A stretch of DNA of 64,000 nt from Solirubrobacterales bacterium (GTDB taxonomy: Bacteria; Actinomycetota; Thermoleophilia; Solirubrobacterales; Solirubrobacteraceae). Location of the stretch: positions 1,820 through 65,819 of the forward strand of contig JAFAZV010000085.1 of the NCBI GenBank assembly GCA_019239445.1, read 5' to 3'. Shown here piece by piece: positions 24,575 to 34,057 of this stretch; positions within the stretch are counted from its first letter, which is position 1, and every line of letters begins with the position of its first letter. The notes under the pieces were generated by a model that saw only the letters and a list, made by a program, of their open reading frames with translations, was not told where the DNA came from and searched no databases. A program made the position numbers and the translations under genes.

Positions 24575-26719
24575 ATGAGCAACGTCGCGTTCCCAATCGT
24601 GTGGGGCATCGCGCTGCTCGTGTTCGCGGCGATCATCGCCATGCGGGCGCGGCTGCTGGTGACGGCTCGCCCGGCGGGGCGGTTCGACCACATCGGGAAG
24701 CGAATCAACCGCACCCTCGTCTACGGGCTGGGACAGAAGAAGTTCCTACGGGGCGAGCAGCCGGCGGGGATCATGCACGCTCTGATCTTCTGGGGCTTCG
24801 TCGTCCTGATGCTCCAGGTGATCACGCTGTTCGGACGCGCCTTCGATGCGAACTGGAACATCCCGGGCTTCGCGCCGGACGAGCCGCTGGGACCGCCGTT
24901 CTTCATCGCGCGCGACGTGACGGAGGCTGTGGTGATCATCGCAGCGCTCTACATGCTCTACCGGCGGTTGATCGTCCATACGCCACGGCTGTTCGGGCGG
25001 GTTCCGGCGGAGCGGCGCTACCACGACGCCTCCCACTGGGAGGCCAACCTGATCCTCGTGTTCATCCTGCTGGTGATGGTCGGCGGGCTGCTCTACGACG
25101 CCGGGTATCTCGTCGCCTACAACATCCACGGCAACGAGCGGACCTACGCGCCGCTGACGGCCGCCGTCGCGAGCGCGCTCGGCGGACTCAGCCGCTCCTC
25201 GGCGAAGACGGTGAGCGAGGTCGGCTGGTGGGTGCATTGCGTGACGATCCTCGTGTTCCTCAACCTGTTGCCGCTCTCCAAGCACTTCCACATCCTGACC
25301 GCGATCCCGAACGTGTTCTTCGCCAAGCTGTCGCCGGAGGATGTCGAGCGGCCGCTGGCGATCACACAGGTGCCGGCGGCGTCGCCGGCTGCACTCGAGC
25401 CCCCACCGGTGGGACTCGTCGGCGTGGCGTCGCTGGGCGACCTCAACTGGAAGCAGGTGCTCGACACCTTCACGTGCACCGAGTGTGGACGCTGCACCGC
25501 GGTGTGCCCGGCCACCGCGAGCGGGACGCCGCTGGCCCCGCGGCAGCTGATCCTCGATCTGCGCGACCAGCTCTATCACCACTCCGATCCACAGGCGGAG
25601 AAGTTGGGCGCTGCCGATGTCGGGGGCGGAAGCGGCGACGGAGCCACGAACGGCCACGGAGCCACAAATGGCGCGAGAGCCTCGAACGGCGCCGGGCCGC
25701 CGATCCCGCAAGAGGTTCTGTGGTCGTGCACGACCTGCATGGCCTGCGTCGAGGCCTGTCCGGTAGGGATCGAGCACGTCCCGACGATCGTCGACATGCG
25801 CCGCACGCTGGTCGATCAGGGCGAAATGGATCCACTGCTGCAGAAGACGCTTCAGAACTACGCCGGCCAGGGCAATTCCTACGGGAAGTCCTCGCGGATG
25901 CGCGCGCGCTGGACCCGGGGCCTGGACTTCAAGATCCCCGACGCCCGCAAGGAGCCGGTGCAATACGTCTGGTTCGTCGGCGACTTCGCTTCCTTCGACG
26001 AGCGCGTGCAGGTCGCCTCGCAGGCGGTGGCGCGGCTGCTGCACGATGCCGGCGTGTCGTTCGGGCTGCTCTACGAGGGCGAGCGCAACTCAGGCAACGA
26101 CGTGCGCCGGGTCGGCGAGGAGGGTCTGTTCGAGATGCTCGTCGAGCACAACCTGGGCGTGCTCGGCGAGGCGGAGTACGAGGCGATCTTCACCACCGAC
26201 CCCCACTCGCTCAACACGCTGCGCAACGAGTATCCGCGCTACGGGCTCGAGAAGCCGGTCTACCACTACACAGAGCTGCTGGCCGAGCTGGTGGCGCGAG
26301 GCGAGATCACGCTGCGCACGCCGCTCACCGGAACCCGCGTCACCTACCACGATCCTTGCTACCTCGCACGCTACAACCGCATCACCGAGGCGCCCCGCAA
26401 GCTGATCGAGGCCACGGGAGCGGAGCTGGTCGAGATGCCGCGCCACGGCATCAACACGTTCTGCTGCGGCGCCGGCGGCGGACGCATCTGGATGGGCGAG
26501 ACCGAGACGGGCGAGGAGCGGCCGGCCGAGCAGCGGATCCGTGAGGCGCAGACCCTCGGCGAGCTCGACTTCTTCCTCGTCAGCTGCCCCAAGGACCTCG
26601 CGATGTACACCGACGCAGCGAACACGATCGGCGCCGGCTTCCAGGTTGCCGAGCTGACCACCCTGGTCGAGCGGGCGCTCGGCGAGGCTGAGCCGGCGGA
26701 GAGGCCGGCGGTGGCTTAG
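24575..26719 (+). CDS. membrane heme b/Fe-S oxidoreductase, FadF / ETF:menaquinone oxidoreductase-like
   Basis: Several N-terminal TM helices with His (MHALIFWGF, WVHC, KHFH); CTECGRCTAVCP; CTTCMACVEACP; degenerate CCG domain followed by intact HDPC..CCGAGG..SCP. Confidence 0.88.
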   Translation: MSNVAFPIVWGIALLVFAAIIAMRARLLVTARPAGRFDHIGKRINRTLVYGLGQKKFLRGEQPAGIMHALIFWGFVVLMLQVITLFGRAFDANWNIPGFAPDEPLGPPFFIARDVTEAVVIIAALYMLYRRLIVHTPRLFGRVPAERRYHDASHWEANLILVFILLVMVGGLLYDAGYLVAYNIHGNERTYAPLTAAVASALGGLSRSSAKTVSEVGWWVHCVTILVFLNLLPLSKHFHILTAIPNVFFAKLSPEDVERPLAITQVPAASPAALEPPPVGLVGVASLGDLNWKQVLDTFTCTECGRCTAVCPATASGTPLAPRQLILDLRDQLYHHSDPQAEKLGAADVGGGSGDGATNGHGATNGARASNGAGPPIPQEVLWSCTTCMACVEACPVGIEHVPTIVDMRRTLVDQGEMDPLLQKTLQNYAGQGNSYGKSSRMRARWTRGLDFKIPDARKEPVQYVWFVGDFASFDERVQVASQAVARLLHDAGVSFGLLYEGERNSGNDVRRVGEEGLFEMLVEHNLGVLGEAEYEAIFTTDPHSLNTLRNEYPRYGLEKPVYHYTELLAELVARGEITLRTPLTGTRVTYHDPCYLARYNRITEAPRKLIEATGAELVEMPRHGINTFCCGAGGGRIWMGETETGEERPAEQRIREAQTLGELDFFLVSCPKDLAMYTDAANTIGAGFQVAELTTLVERALGEAEPAERPAVA
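25643..25696 (+). repeat. three imperfect 18-bp tandem units (ATNGHG/ATNGAR/ASNGAG) in the linker between the Fe-S motifs
   Basis: gccacgaacggccacgga / gccacaaatggcgcgaga / gcctcgaacggcgccggg. Confidence 0.6.
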
Positions 26720-26934
26720 GCGCCACCTCAACGTCGCCGCTGCGGGCGTGCGCGCGCAAGTAATCGGACGACGAGGCTTGCAGCGCTCGAAGCGGTAGAA
26801 AGGCCCCTCACCCTCAAGCAGTTCACGACGTGGGGGCGATTTCTGTCGCCGGGCGACAGCTCGATCCCATGCGGCGCCCCACCGGCGCAGGTGAGGTGAC
26901 TTTCTCCCGGTTCGTGCCGGCGCGCCAGGCGCGC

Positions 26935-28470
26935 CTACTGCAGCAGGGAGCGGCCGGTCATCGCCGCCGGTTGCGGAATCGCGAGCATCTCGAGCATCGT
27001 TGGCGCCACGTCGGCGAGCACGCCGCCGTCGCGCAGCGACAGCCCGGGCACGGTGACGATCACCGGCACGGGGTTCAGGGAGTGGAACGTGTTGGGGCTG
27101 CCGTCGGGCTCGAGCATGTGGTCGGCGTTGCCGTGGTCGGCAGTGATGAAGCACGCACCCCCCGCCGCGTGCACTGCAGCCACGACTTCGCCTAGACACG
27201 CGTCGACGGTCTCGATCGCCTTCACCGCCGCGTCGATCACGCCGGTGTGGCCGACCATGTCGGGATTAGCGAAGTTGATGATCGCGAACGTGGGCGCGTC
27301 GTTCTTCCAGCCGGCGACGAACGCGGCCGCGGCCTCGCGCGCGCTCATCTCCGGCTTGAGGTCGTAGGTGGCAACGTCGCGCGGTGAGGGCACGAGCTCT
27401 CGATGCTCGCCGGGCAGCTGATGCTCGTTGCCGCCGTTGAAGAAATACGTCACGTGGGGGTACTTCTCGGTCTCGGCCACGTGGAGCTGGCGCACCTCGC
27501 GGGCGGCCAGCAATCCGGCCAGCGTGCTCGCCGGGTGCTCGGGCGGGAACGCGACCGGGTACGGCCAGCCTTCGACGTATTCGGTCATCGTCGCGTAGCG
27601 CTCGATCGGCGCCGCCCCGTCGCGGTCGACCTCGTCGAAGTCCGGCTCGGCCAGCGCGCGAGTGATCTCGCGCATCCGGTCGGGACGGAAGTTGAACGCG
27701 AACACGGAATCCCCGGTCCGGATCCGCGCCTCCTCTCCGACGAGCACGGGACGGATGAACTCGTCTGTCTCGTCTCGAGCGTAGGCGCCCTCGACGGCGG
27801 CCTGTCCGGTTTCGGCTTGATGCTCGGCACGGCCGTGGACGAGCATGTCGTAGGCGAGCTGGGCGCGGTCCCAGCGGCGGTCACGGTCCATCGCAAAGTA
27901 CCGGCCGGCGACCGATCCGACACGCCCCGCGCCGGCCGCCGACATCCACTCCTCGACCGTGGCCAGGAATCCGGCACCTGAGTTGGGCGGCGTGTCGCGC
28001 CCGTCGGTGAAGGCATGCAGCACCAGGTCGTGCACGCCGAGCATTGCCCCAAGCTCGATCAGCGCGCGAAGATGCGTGAACCCGGAGTGAACGCCGCCGT
28101 CGGAGACGAGCCCGATCAGGTGCACGCGCTCGGTTCCCGCAAACGCGTCTCGCAGCACCGGGTTCTCGGCCAGCTTTCCGTTCGTCACGGCGGCGTCGAT
28201 ACGAGTCAGATCCTGCATCACGACCGCGCCGGCGCCGAGGTTCAGGTGGCCGACCTCGGAGTTGCCCATCTGCCCCTCGGGCAGCCCCACCGCGAGCCCG
28301 CATGCCGTGAGCGTCGTGTGCGGGTACTCCTCCCAGAGCTCGTCGAACACGGGGGTCTGCGCGAGCGAGACCGCGTTGCCGGGTCCGGGCGCGGCCAGGC
28401 CCCAACCATCGAGGATGATCAGCGCCGCGGATGGGGCCGGCAGCGACGGCGGCCCGCTCGGGAGCGCCAT
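26935..28470 (-). CDS. gpmI: 2,3-BPG-independent phosphoglycerate mutase
   Basis: ILDGWG, QMGNSEVGH, SDGGVHS, AETEKYPHVT, NPDMVGH, TADHGN. Confidence 0.96.
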   Translation of the reverse strand: MALPSGPPSLPAPSAALIILDGWGLAAPGPGNAVSLAQTPVFDELWEEYPHTTLTACGLAVGLPEGQMGNSEVGHLNLGAGAVVMQDLTRIDAAVTNGKLAENPVLRDAFAGTERVHLIGLVSDGGVHSGFTHLRALIELGAMLGVHDLVLHAFTDGRDTPPNSGAGFLATVEEWMSAAGAGRVGSVAGRYFAMDRDRRWDRAQLAYDMLVHGRAEHQAETGQAAVEGAYARDETDEFIRPVLVGEEARIRTGDSVFAFNFRPDRMREITRALAEPDFDEVDRDGAAPIERYATMTEYVEGWPYPVAFPPEHPASTLAGLLAAREVRQLHVAETEKYPHVTYFFNGGNEHQLPGEHRELVPSPRDVATYDLKPEMSAREAAAAFVAGWKNDAPTFAIINFANPDMVGHTGVIDAAVKAIETVDACLGEVVAAVHAAGGACFITADHGNADHMLEPDGSPNTFHSLNPVPVIVTVPGLSLRDGGVLADVAPTMLEMLAIPQPAAMTGRSLLQ

Positions 28471-29225
28471 CAGCCGCCCGCCGTGGCGACGATCGCGGCG
28501 AACGAGTCGGGCTTGAGGCTCGCGCCGCCGACTAGCGCGCCGTCGACGTCCGGCAGCCCGAGCAGCTCGGGGGCGTTCTCCGCATTGACCGAGCCTCCGT
28601 AAAGGATCCGAACCTGCTCAGCCTGCTCGCGCGAGCGCTCCGCGATCAGCGCCCGCACGAACGCAATCGCCTCCTGGGCCTGCTCGGGCGTGGCCACGAC
28701 CCCGGTCCCGATCGCCCAGATTGGCTCGTACGCGATCACGACCTGGGCCAGCCGATCCGGGTCGACCTCGGCCAGATCCTCCTGAATCTGGTGGCGCAGC
28801 TTGTCTTCGGTCTCACCGTGCTCGCGCTCCGCCTGAGTCTCGCCGATGCAGAGGATCGGCGTCAGCCCGGCCTCGAGCGCTGCCGGAACCTTCAGCGCCA
28901 GCGCAGCGTCGGTCTCGCCGAAGTGCTGGCGGCGCTCGGAGTGCCCGACCACCGCGCCGTGTGCGCCGGCGGCGAGAAGCATCGACGGCGAAACCTCGCC
29001 GGTAAATGCGCCTTCGTCGGCGTGATACATGTTCTGCGCGAACACTTGGATGCGGGAGCCGCCGGCCGCCTGCACGACGGCGGGCAGAGCCAGGAACGGC
29101 GGGCAGATTCCCACATCGGCCGCGTCTGCGCCATCCAGGTGTGGCCGCACGGCGTCGACGAACTCCTGGGCCTGCGCTGCGGTCTTGTACATCTTCCAGT
29201 TCCCGGCGATCAATGGCGTTCTCAC
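28470..29225 (-). CDS. tpiA: triosephosphate isomerase
   Basis: AGNWKM, GHSERR, AYEPIWAIGTG, YGGSV, VGGASL. GTG start overlaps the pgk stop. Confidence 0.96.
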   Translation of the reverse strand: MRTPLIAGNWKMYKTAAQAQEFVDAVRPHLDGADAADVGICPPFLALPAVVQAAGGSRIQVFAQNMYHADEGAFTGEVSPSMLLAAGAHGAVVGHSERRQHFGETDAALALKVPAALEAGLTPILCIGETQAEREHGETEDKLRHQIQEDLAEVDPDRLAQVVIAYEPIWAIGTGVVATPEQAQEAIAFVRALIAERSREQAEQVRILYGGSVNAENAPELLGLPDVDGALVGGASLKPDSFAAIVATAGG

Positions 29226-30388
29226 GCCAGCGCCTCCACGCCGGGGAGGGACTTGCCTTCGAGGAGCTCGAGCGACGCGCCGCCACCGGTCGAGAGGTGC
29301 GTCACCTGATCCGCCCAACCGAAGCGGGCGAGCGCCGCGCCCGAGTCGCCGCCGCCGACGACGGTCGTCCCAGGCGCCGCGGCGATGGCCTCGGCCACGG
29401 CGCGAGTCCCTGCCGCGAACGGCTCGACCTCGAACGCTCCCATTGGCCCGTTCCAGAACACCGTGCCCGCGCTCGTGACCGCCTCGCCGACCGCGTGGGC
29501 GCTTCGTGGGCCGATGTCGAGGCCCATCATCCCGCTCGGGACGTCGACGCCGTCGACGGTGTCCGCCCGCGCGTCGGCGGCCAGGCGATCGGCGACGACG
29601 AGGTCGACTGGCAGCTCGATCCGCGTCCCCTGATCTGAGGCCAGCAGCCGCCGCGCCAGCTCGACATCCTCGCTCGCGCACAGCGAGGAGCCGACCTCGT
29701 GACCCTGGGCGGCGAAGAACGGAAAGCACATCGCGCCGCCAATCAGGATCCGATCCGCGATCTGGCGGAAGCGCTCGATGACGGCGATCTTGTCGCTCAC
29801 CTTCGCCCCGCCCAGCACCGCGACGAGCGGCCGCGCTGGGTTCTCGAGCAGGCGCGTGAGGGTTTGCACCTCGCGTTCGAGCAGCAGCCCGGCCGCGTGG
29901 TCGCCCACGGCGTGGGTGACGCCCTCGGTGGAGGCGTGGGCGCGGTGGGCCGCCCCGAAGGCATCGTTGACATAGACATCGGCGAGCTTTCCCAGCCGCC
30001 GCGCCAGCTCGGGATCGTTCTTCGTCTCTCCCGGCTCGTAGCGGACGTTCTCGAGCAGCAGGATCGAACCGGGTTCGAGCCCGTCGACGAGCTCATCCAC
30101 GCTGTCGCCGACCACATCAGGTGCGAGCTTCACCTCCGCGCCGGTCAACTCCGACAGGCGCGCGGCAACCGGACGCATCGAGAACTTGGGCTCGCGATCC
30201 TTCGGCCGTCCCAGGTGCGAGACCACGACGAGGCGGGCGCCGCGGCTGCGCAGCTCCTCGATGGTCGGCAGCGCTGCCTTGATACGACTGTCATCGGCGA
30301 CCTCGCCATCCTGGATCGGCACGTTGAAATCGACCCGCAGCAGCACCCGCTTGCCGCCCACATCCCCGAGGTCCCGCAGCGTCCTCAT
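29222..30388 (-). CDS. pgk: phosphoglycerate kinase
   Basis: RVDFNVP, SHLGRP, LLENVR, GGAKVSDK, WNGPMG, STGGGASLE. Confidence 0.97.
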   Translation of the reverse strand: MRTLRDLGDVGGKRVLLRVDFNVPIQDGEVADDSRIKAALPTIEELRSRGARLVVVSHLGRPKDREPKFSMRPVAARLSELTGAEVKLAPDVVGDSVDELVDGLEPGSILLLENVRYEPGETKNDPELARRLGKLADVYVNDAFGAAHRAHASTEGVTHAVGDHAAGLLLEREVQTLTRLLENPARPLVAVLGGAKVSDKIAVIERFRQIADRILIGGAMCFPFFAAQGHEVGSSLCASEDVELARRLLASDQGTRIELPVDLVVADRLAADARADTVDGVDVPSGMMGLDIGPRSAHAVGEAVTSAGTVFWNGPMGAFEVEPFAAGTRAVAEAIAAAPGTTVVGGGDSGAALARFGWADQVTHLSTGGGASLELLEGKSLPGVEALA

Positions 30389-30404
30389 CGCAGCGCCTAA
30401 GAAT

Positions 30405-31349
30405 CTAGCCGCCGACCAGCTGGGTCATCTCATCGGCCACGTCGAACAAATCGGCCACCGCGCCGTAGTGGGCGATGTTGAAGATCGCCGCTCCGGGGTC
30501 GGTGTTAATGGCCACGATCAGCTCCGCCCCCTGCATGCCCTCGATGTGCTCGGGCGCGCCCGAGACGCCGAGGGTCAGGTACAGCTTCGGCTTCACGTGA
30601 GCCCCTGACTTGCCGACCTGGTGAACCTTCGGAAGCCACCCCGAATCGATCACTGGGCGGGAGGCGGCCAACGCGGCGTCGAGCGCTTCCGCGAGGTCCT
30701 GCGCAACCGGGATGTTCTCCGCCCCGCCGATGCCGCGTCCGACGCACACGATCCGCTCGGCTTTGGCCAAGTCGACGCCCGCCTCCTCGGGCGGCGCGAT
30801 CTCCTCGACGAACTTCGTCCGGAGATGCTCGAGCTCGTCCGGCGGGGTCAGCTCGGCGTGCTCCCCGCGGCCGGCAGCCGGCGCGTGGTCGTGCAACGCC
30901 GTCGAGTTGATCGCGCACACCGCCGGTAGCTGCGTGCGCGCGTTGGCCACGAGCTGACCGCCGTAGATCCCGCTCGCCGTCTGCGCCTGCCCTCCCTCGA
31001 GCGACACCTGCTGGCAGTAACCGACGAACGGCAGATCGGCGAGCTCGGCGCACGCGGCGGCGAGGTCATAGCCCGCGGTCGTGTTCTCGAGCAGCACGAG
31101 GTCGGGCTGGCGCGCCTTGATGGCCGCGGTGAGCGCGGCCTGATGGGCCTCGGGGAGGTAGGACGAGAGCGACGGGTGGGAGACCTCGAGGACCACGTCG
31201 GCCCCTGCCAGCCCGTCGGACTCACCCGCTCCCGCGCCCGCACGCAACGCGATCACCTCGCCGCCCGCCGCCTGCGCAAGCGGGCGCGCCAGGGCCAGCA
31301 GACTCTCGGTGTTACCGGTCGGTTCGGTGTAAACCAGGACGTCACCCAT
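30405..31349 (-). CDS. etfA: electron transfer flavoprotein alpha subunit
   Basis: VGRGIG, ASRPVID, QVGKSG, GVSGAPEH, AINTD. Confidence 0.93.
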   Translation of the reverse strand: MGDVLVYTEPTGNTESLLALARPLAQAAGGEVIALRAGAGAGESDGLAGADVVLEVSHPSLSSYLPEAHQAALTAAIKARQPDLVLLENTTAGYDLAAACAELADLPFVGYCQQVSLEGGQAQTASGIYGGQLVANARTQLPAVCAINSTALHDHAPAAGRGEHAELTPPDELEHLRTKFVEEIAPPEEAGVDLAKAERIVCVGRGIGGAENIPVAQDLAEALDAALAASRPVIDSGWLPKVHQVGKSGAHVKPKLYLTLGVSGAPEHIEGMQGAELIVAINTDPGAAIFNIAHYGAVADLFDVADEMTQLVGG

Positions 31350-32116
31350 CAGCCCACCAGAGCTCCTTGTTCGCGTAGCACAGCTGCGATTTGCGAGGCC
31401 ACCTCGGCGGCGTCGCCCTCCAACATCTTCGCGTGTGCGGCTTTCTCAGGCCGCGCGATCGACACGATCTCGGACCGCGGGGACGACGAGACGTCCACTG
31501 ACAACGTCTCCATGCTCGCCTCCGAGGTCGCCTGCCGCAGCCGCGCCATCGAGACGTATCGCGGCGGCGAGCTCGCCGACTGCACGCCGACCACGGCCGG
31601 CAGCTCGAGCGCGAGCACGGCAAGCTTGCCGCCCGCGTACTCCTGCTTGACGTGGGTGCTCCCGTCCACGACCTCTACGCCGACCACGACGTTCGCCTGT
31701 GGCCAGCCCAGTTCGGCGGCGACCAGCGGCGCAGTCTGGCCGAACAGGTCCGTCGGCGTCTGCACACCGGTGAGGATCAGATCCGGCGTGAGCTGCCGGA
31801 AGGCCTGCGCGAACGCGCTCGCCGCGGTGCGCGAGTCATAAGGGTTCAGCTCGCCGGCGTCCACCAGCACGATGCGATCGGCGCCGCGCGCGAACGCCGT
31901 GCGCAGCGCCTGCTCGACGCCGTCTCCGCGTAGACCCACCGCCGTGACGGTGGCGCCGGTTGCCTCCTTGACGAGGACAGCCTCCTCGAGCGCCTGATCG
32001 TCCCAGTCGTTGACCACCATCTCGACCAGGTCGCGGTCGATGTCGGTGCCGTCCGGATCGACCTCCAGCTCGTCGCCCGGGTTCGGCATCAGCCGTAGCG
32101 CTACCGCGATGTTCAT
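31349..32116 (-). CDS. etfB: electron transfer flavoprotein beta subunit
   Basis: [27 protein letters not shown] 32116 with GGAGGAG RBS. Confidence 0.9.
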   Translation of the reverse strand: MNIAVALRLMPNPGDELEVDPDGTDIDRDLVEMVVNDWDDQALEEAVLVKEATGATVTAVGLRGDGVEQALRTAFARGADRIVLVDAGELNPYDSRTAASAFAQAFRQLTPDLILTGVQTPTDLFGQTAPLVAAELGWPQANVVVGVEVVDGSTHVKQEYAGGKLAVLALELPAVVGVQSASSPPRYVSMARLRQATSEASMETLSVDVSSSPRSEIVSIARPEKAAHAKMLEGDAAEVASQIAAVLREQGALVG

Positions 32117-32273
32117 CTGGGCTCCTCCAGTCCGAGCGCAGGCATGTGAACGTACATGGTGCGGTTTCATCGCCCGCGCCCAGCGCGAGCATCGTGGTCG
32201 AGACCCTATTCGCGATGCGTGCGACGAGCGTCCGGTCACACCCGGAGCCGAGCGCGATCCATCCACACTCGGC

Positions 32274-32291
32274 ATACGTAGTTTTCACCGA
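32274..32291. promoter_or_regulatory. putative 18-bp regulator box between divergent etfB and the ACAD-PKS operon
   Basis: ATACGTAG-TT-TTCACCGA; the left half-site is identical to a half-site at 52299-52306. Confidence 0.4.
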
Positions 32292-32375
32292 CATGTCTCG
32301 GCCCGTGGCCGATGCTCCACAGCCATCCTGACGCCAGCCTACGAGCATGTCCGCGGAGGCGAAGGAGACGGCTTA

Positions 32376-34037
32376 ATGGAGGAAAACGGGCTAGGTGTTG
32401 AGACCCTCAATGTGGCGCTCAAATCGATCGACGAGTTCGCGCAGCGCGAGCTGCCGGACTCGCTGCTGATCGAGCTCGACGAGCACGATGAGTTCCCGGC
32501 CGAGATCGTGCGGCGGATGTCCTCCGGGGAGGAGCTCGGCATCCAGCTGCTGTTCGTCCCCTACGAGTACGGGGGTATGGGCGGAGGGGCATTCGACATC
32601 TACCGCGTCTGCGAGCGGATGGCGTCGATCGACCTCGGCCTCGCCACCTCGGAGCTCGCCACGTTCCTGGGCAGCGACCCCATCCGGGTTGGGGGAACCG
32701 AGGAGCAGAGACGCCATTACATGAGCCGGATCGCCAAGGAGGGGATCCTGTTCGCCTACGGCGCGACGGAGCCCGAGGCGGGCAGCGACCTCACGGCGCT
32801 GAAGACGGTGGCCGAACCGGTGGCGGACAACGGCAGCGTCACCGGCTACAAGATCAGCGGCACCAAGCAGTGGATCTCCAATGGAGGAGTGGCCGATCTC
32901 TACACGGTGCTGGCGCTGGCGCCCGGAGGTCCCAGCTGGTTCGTCGTGGAGTCAGGCACCGACGGCTTCACGCACGGCAAGCACGAGGACAAGCACGGCA
33001 TCCGGCTGAGCAACACCGCGGCGCTGTTCCTCAACCACGTCTACGTGGATTCAAGCCGCCTGGTCGGCGGCGTCGAGGGTCAAGGGCTCGTGCAGGCCCA
33101 GCAGGTATTTGGCTACACGCGGCTGATGGTCGCGGCATTCGGGCTGGGGGCCGGCTGGTCGGCGCTGGACCGCGCGATTCCCTACTCGCGCAAGCGGATC
33201 CAGGCGGGCGCACCACTGTCCGAGAAGCAGGGGTACACGCACAAGCTCATCACCCCTCATGCCGTCGCGCTCGAGGCTGCGCGCGCCGCCATCGAGGAGA
33301 CGGCCGCGCGCCTCGACGCCGGCGAGGGCGTCCTCAACGTCGAGGGGGCCGTGGCCAAGTACCTCGCCACCGAGGCCGGCGACGCCGCCGCCGACGCTGC
33401 CATCCAGGCCCACGGAGGCTACGGCTACACGCACGACTACATGGTCGAGAAGATCAAGCGGGACGTGCGCATCACCAGGATCTACGAGGGCACATCGGAG
33501 ATCATGGAGATGACGATCGCGCGCGGTCGCTGGCAGGAGCACTTGAAGTCGAAGGGCGACTATTACCACGCGTCCGCACGCGGGCTCGAGGCGATCCACG
33601 CCGAGAACCCCGCCGTCGGGGCCGACACCGCAGCTCTCGCCCATCACGCCTTGGCTGAGCTGCTCGAGCGCTGCCGAACTCAGCGGCTGACGCGCCACCA
33701 GCACATCCTCCTGCGCCTCGGCAGCCTGATCGCGCAGGCCGAGGGCGCGGCCGCGCTGGTCCGGCGCGCCCAGCAGGCACAAGCCAAGCAGCTTCACCCG
33801 AAGGCCTCCCGGCGGCTGCGCCCGGACGCCGTGGCGGCGGCGAGCCGCGTGAACGCACGCACCACGGCGCTGGCGATCGGCAGCGAAGGCTTGCGCTGGG
33901 TCGCGGGTGCGGACGGAGGAGACCTGGCCGACCTCGAGCAGCGCCTCGGCTTGACCGCGATCCACCAGGCCCAGGCCGGCCTGCTCGACGACCTGCAGAC
34001 GGTCACCACCGCGGCTTACGGCCGCATGCGTCCCTGA
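32376..34037 (+). CDS. acyl-CoA dehydrogenase family protein with C-terminal extension
   Basis: [25 protein letters not shown], catalytic IYEGT. ATG 32376 with AAGGAG RBS. Confidence 0.93.
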   Translation: MEENGLGVETLNVALKSIDEFAQRELPDSLLIELDEHDEFPAEIVRRMSSGEELGIQLLFVPYEYGGMGGGAFDIYRVCERMASIDLGLATSELATFLGSDPIRVGGTEEQRRHYMSRIAKEGILFAYGATEPEAGSDLTALKTVAEPVADNGSVTGYKISGTKQWISNGGVADLYTVLALAPGGPSWFVVESGTDGFTHGKHEDKHGIRLSNTAALFLNHVYVDSSRLVGGVEGQGLVQAQQVFGYTRLMVAAFGLGAGWSALDRAIPYSRKRIQAGAPLSEKQGYTHKLITPHAVALEAARAAIEETAARLDAGEGVLNVEGAVAKYLATEAGDAAADAAIQAHGGYGYTHDYMVEKIKRDVRITRIYEGTSEIMEMTIARGRWQEHLKSKGDYYHASARGLEAIHAENPAVGADTAALAHHALAELLERCRTQRLTRHQHILLRLGSLIAQAEGAAALVRRAQQAQAKQLHPKASRRLRPDAVAAASRVNARTTALAIGSEGLRWVAGADGGDLADLEQRLGLTAIHQAQAGLLDDLQTVTTAAYGRMRP

Positions 34038-34057
34038 GCCTGGAGAGCGAGACCGAC

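Noticed and set aside
26720-26934. Possible sRNA or gene remnant between convergent fadF-like and gpmI genes (minus-strand RELLEGEGPFYRFERC; weak box-like sequence near 26894)
   Set aside because: No convincing start, RBS, structure or family match; too weak to support.
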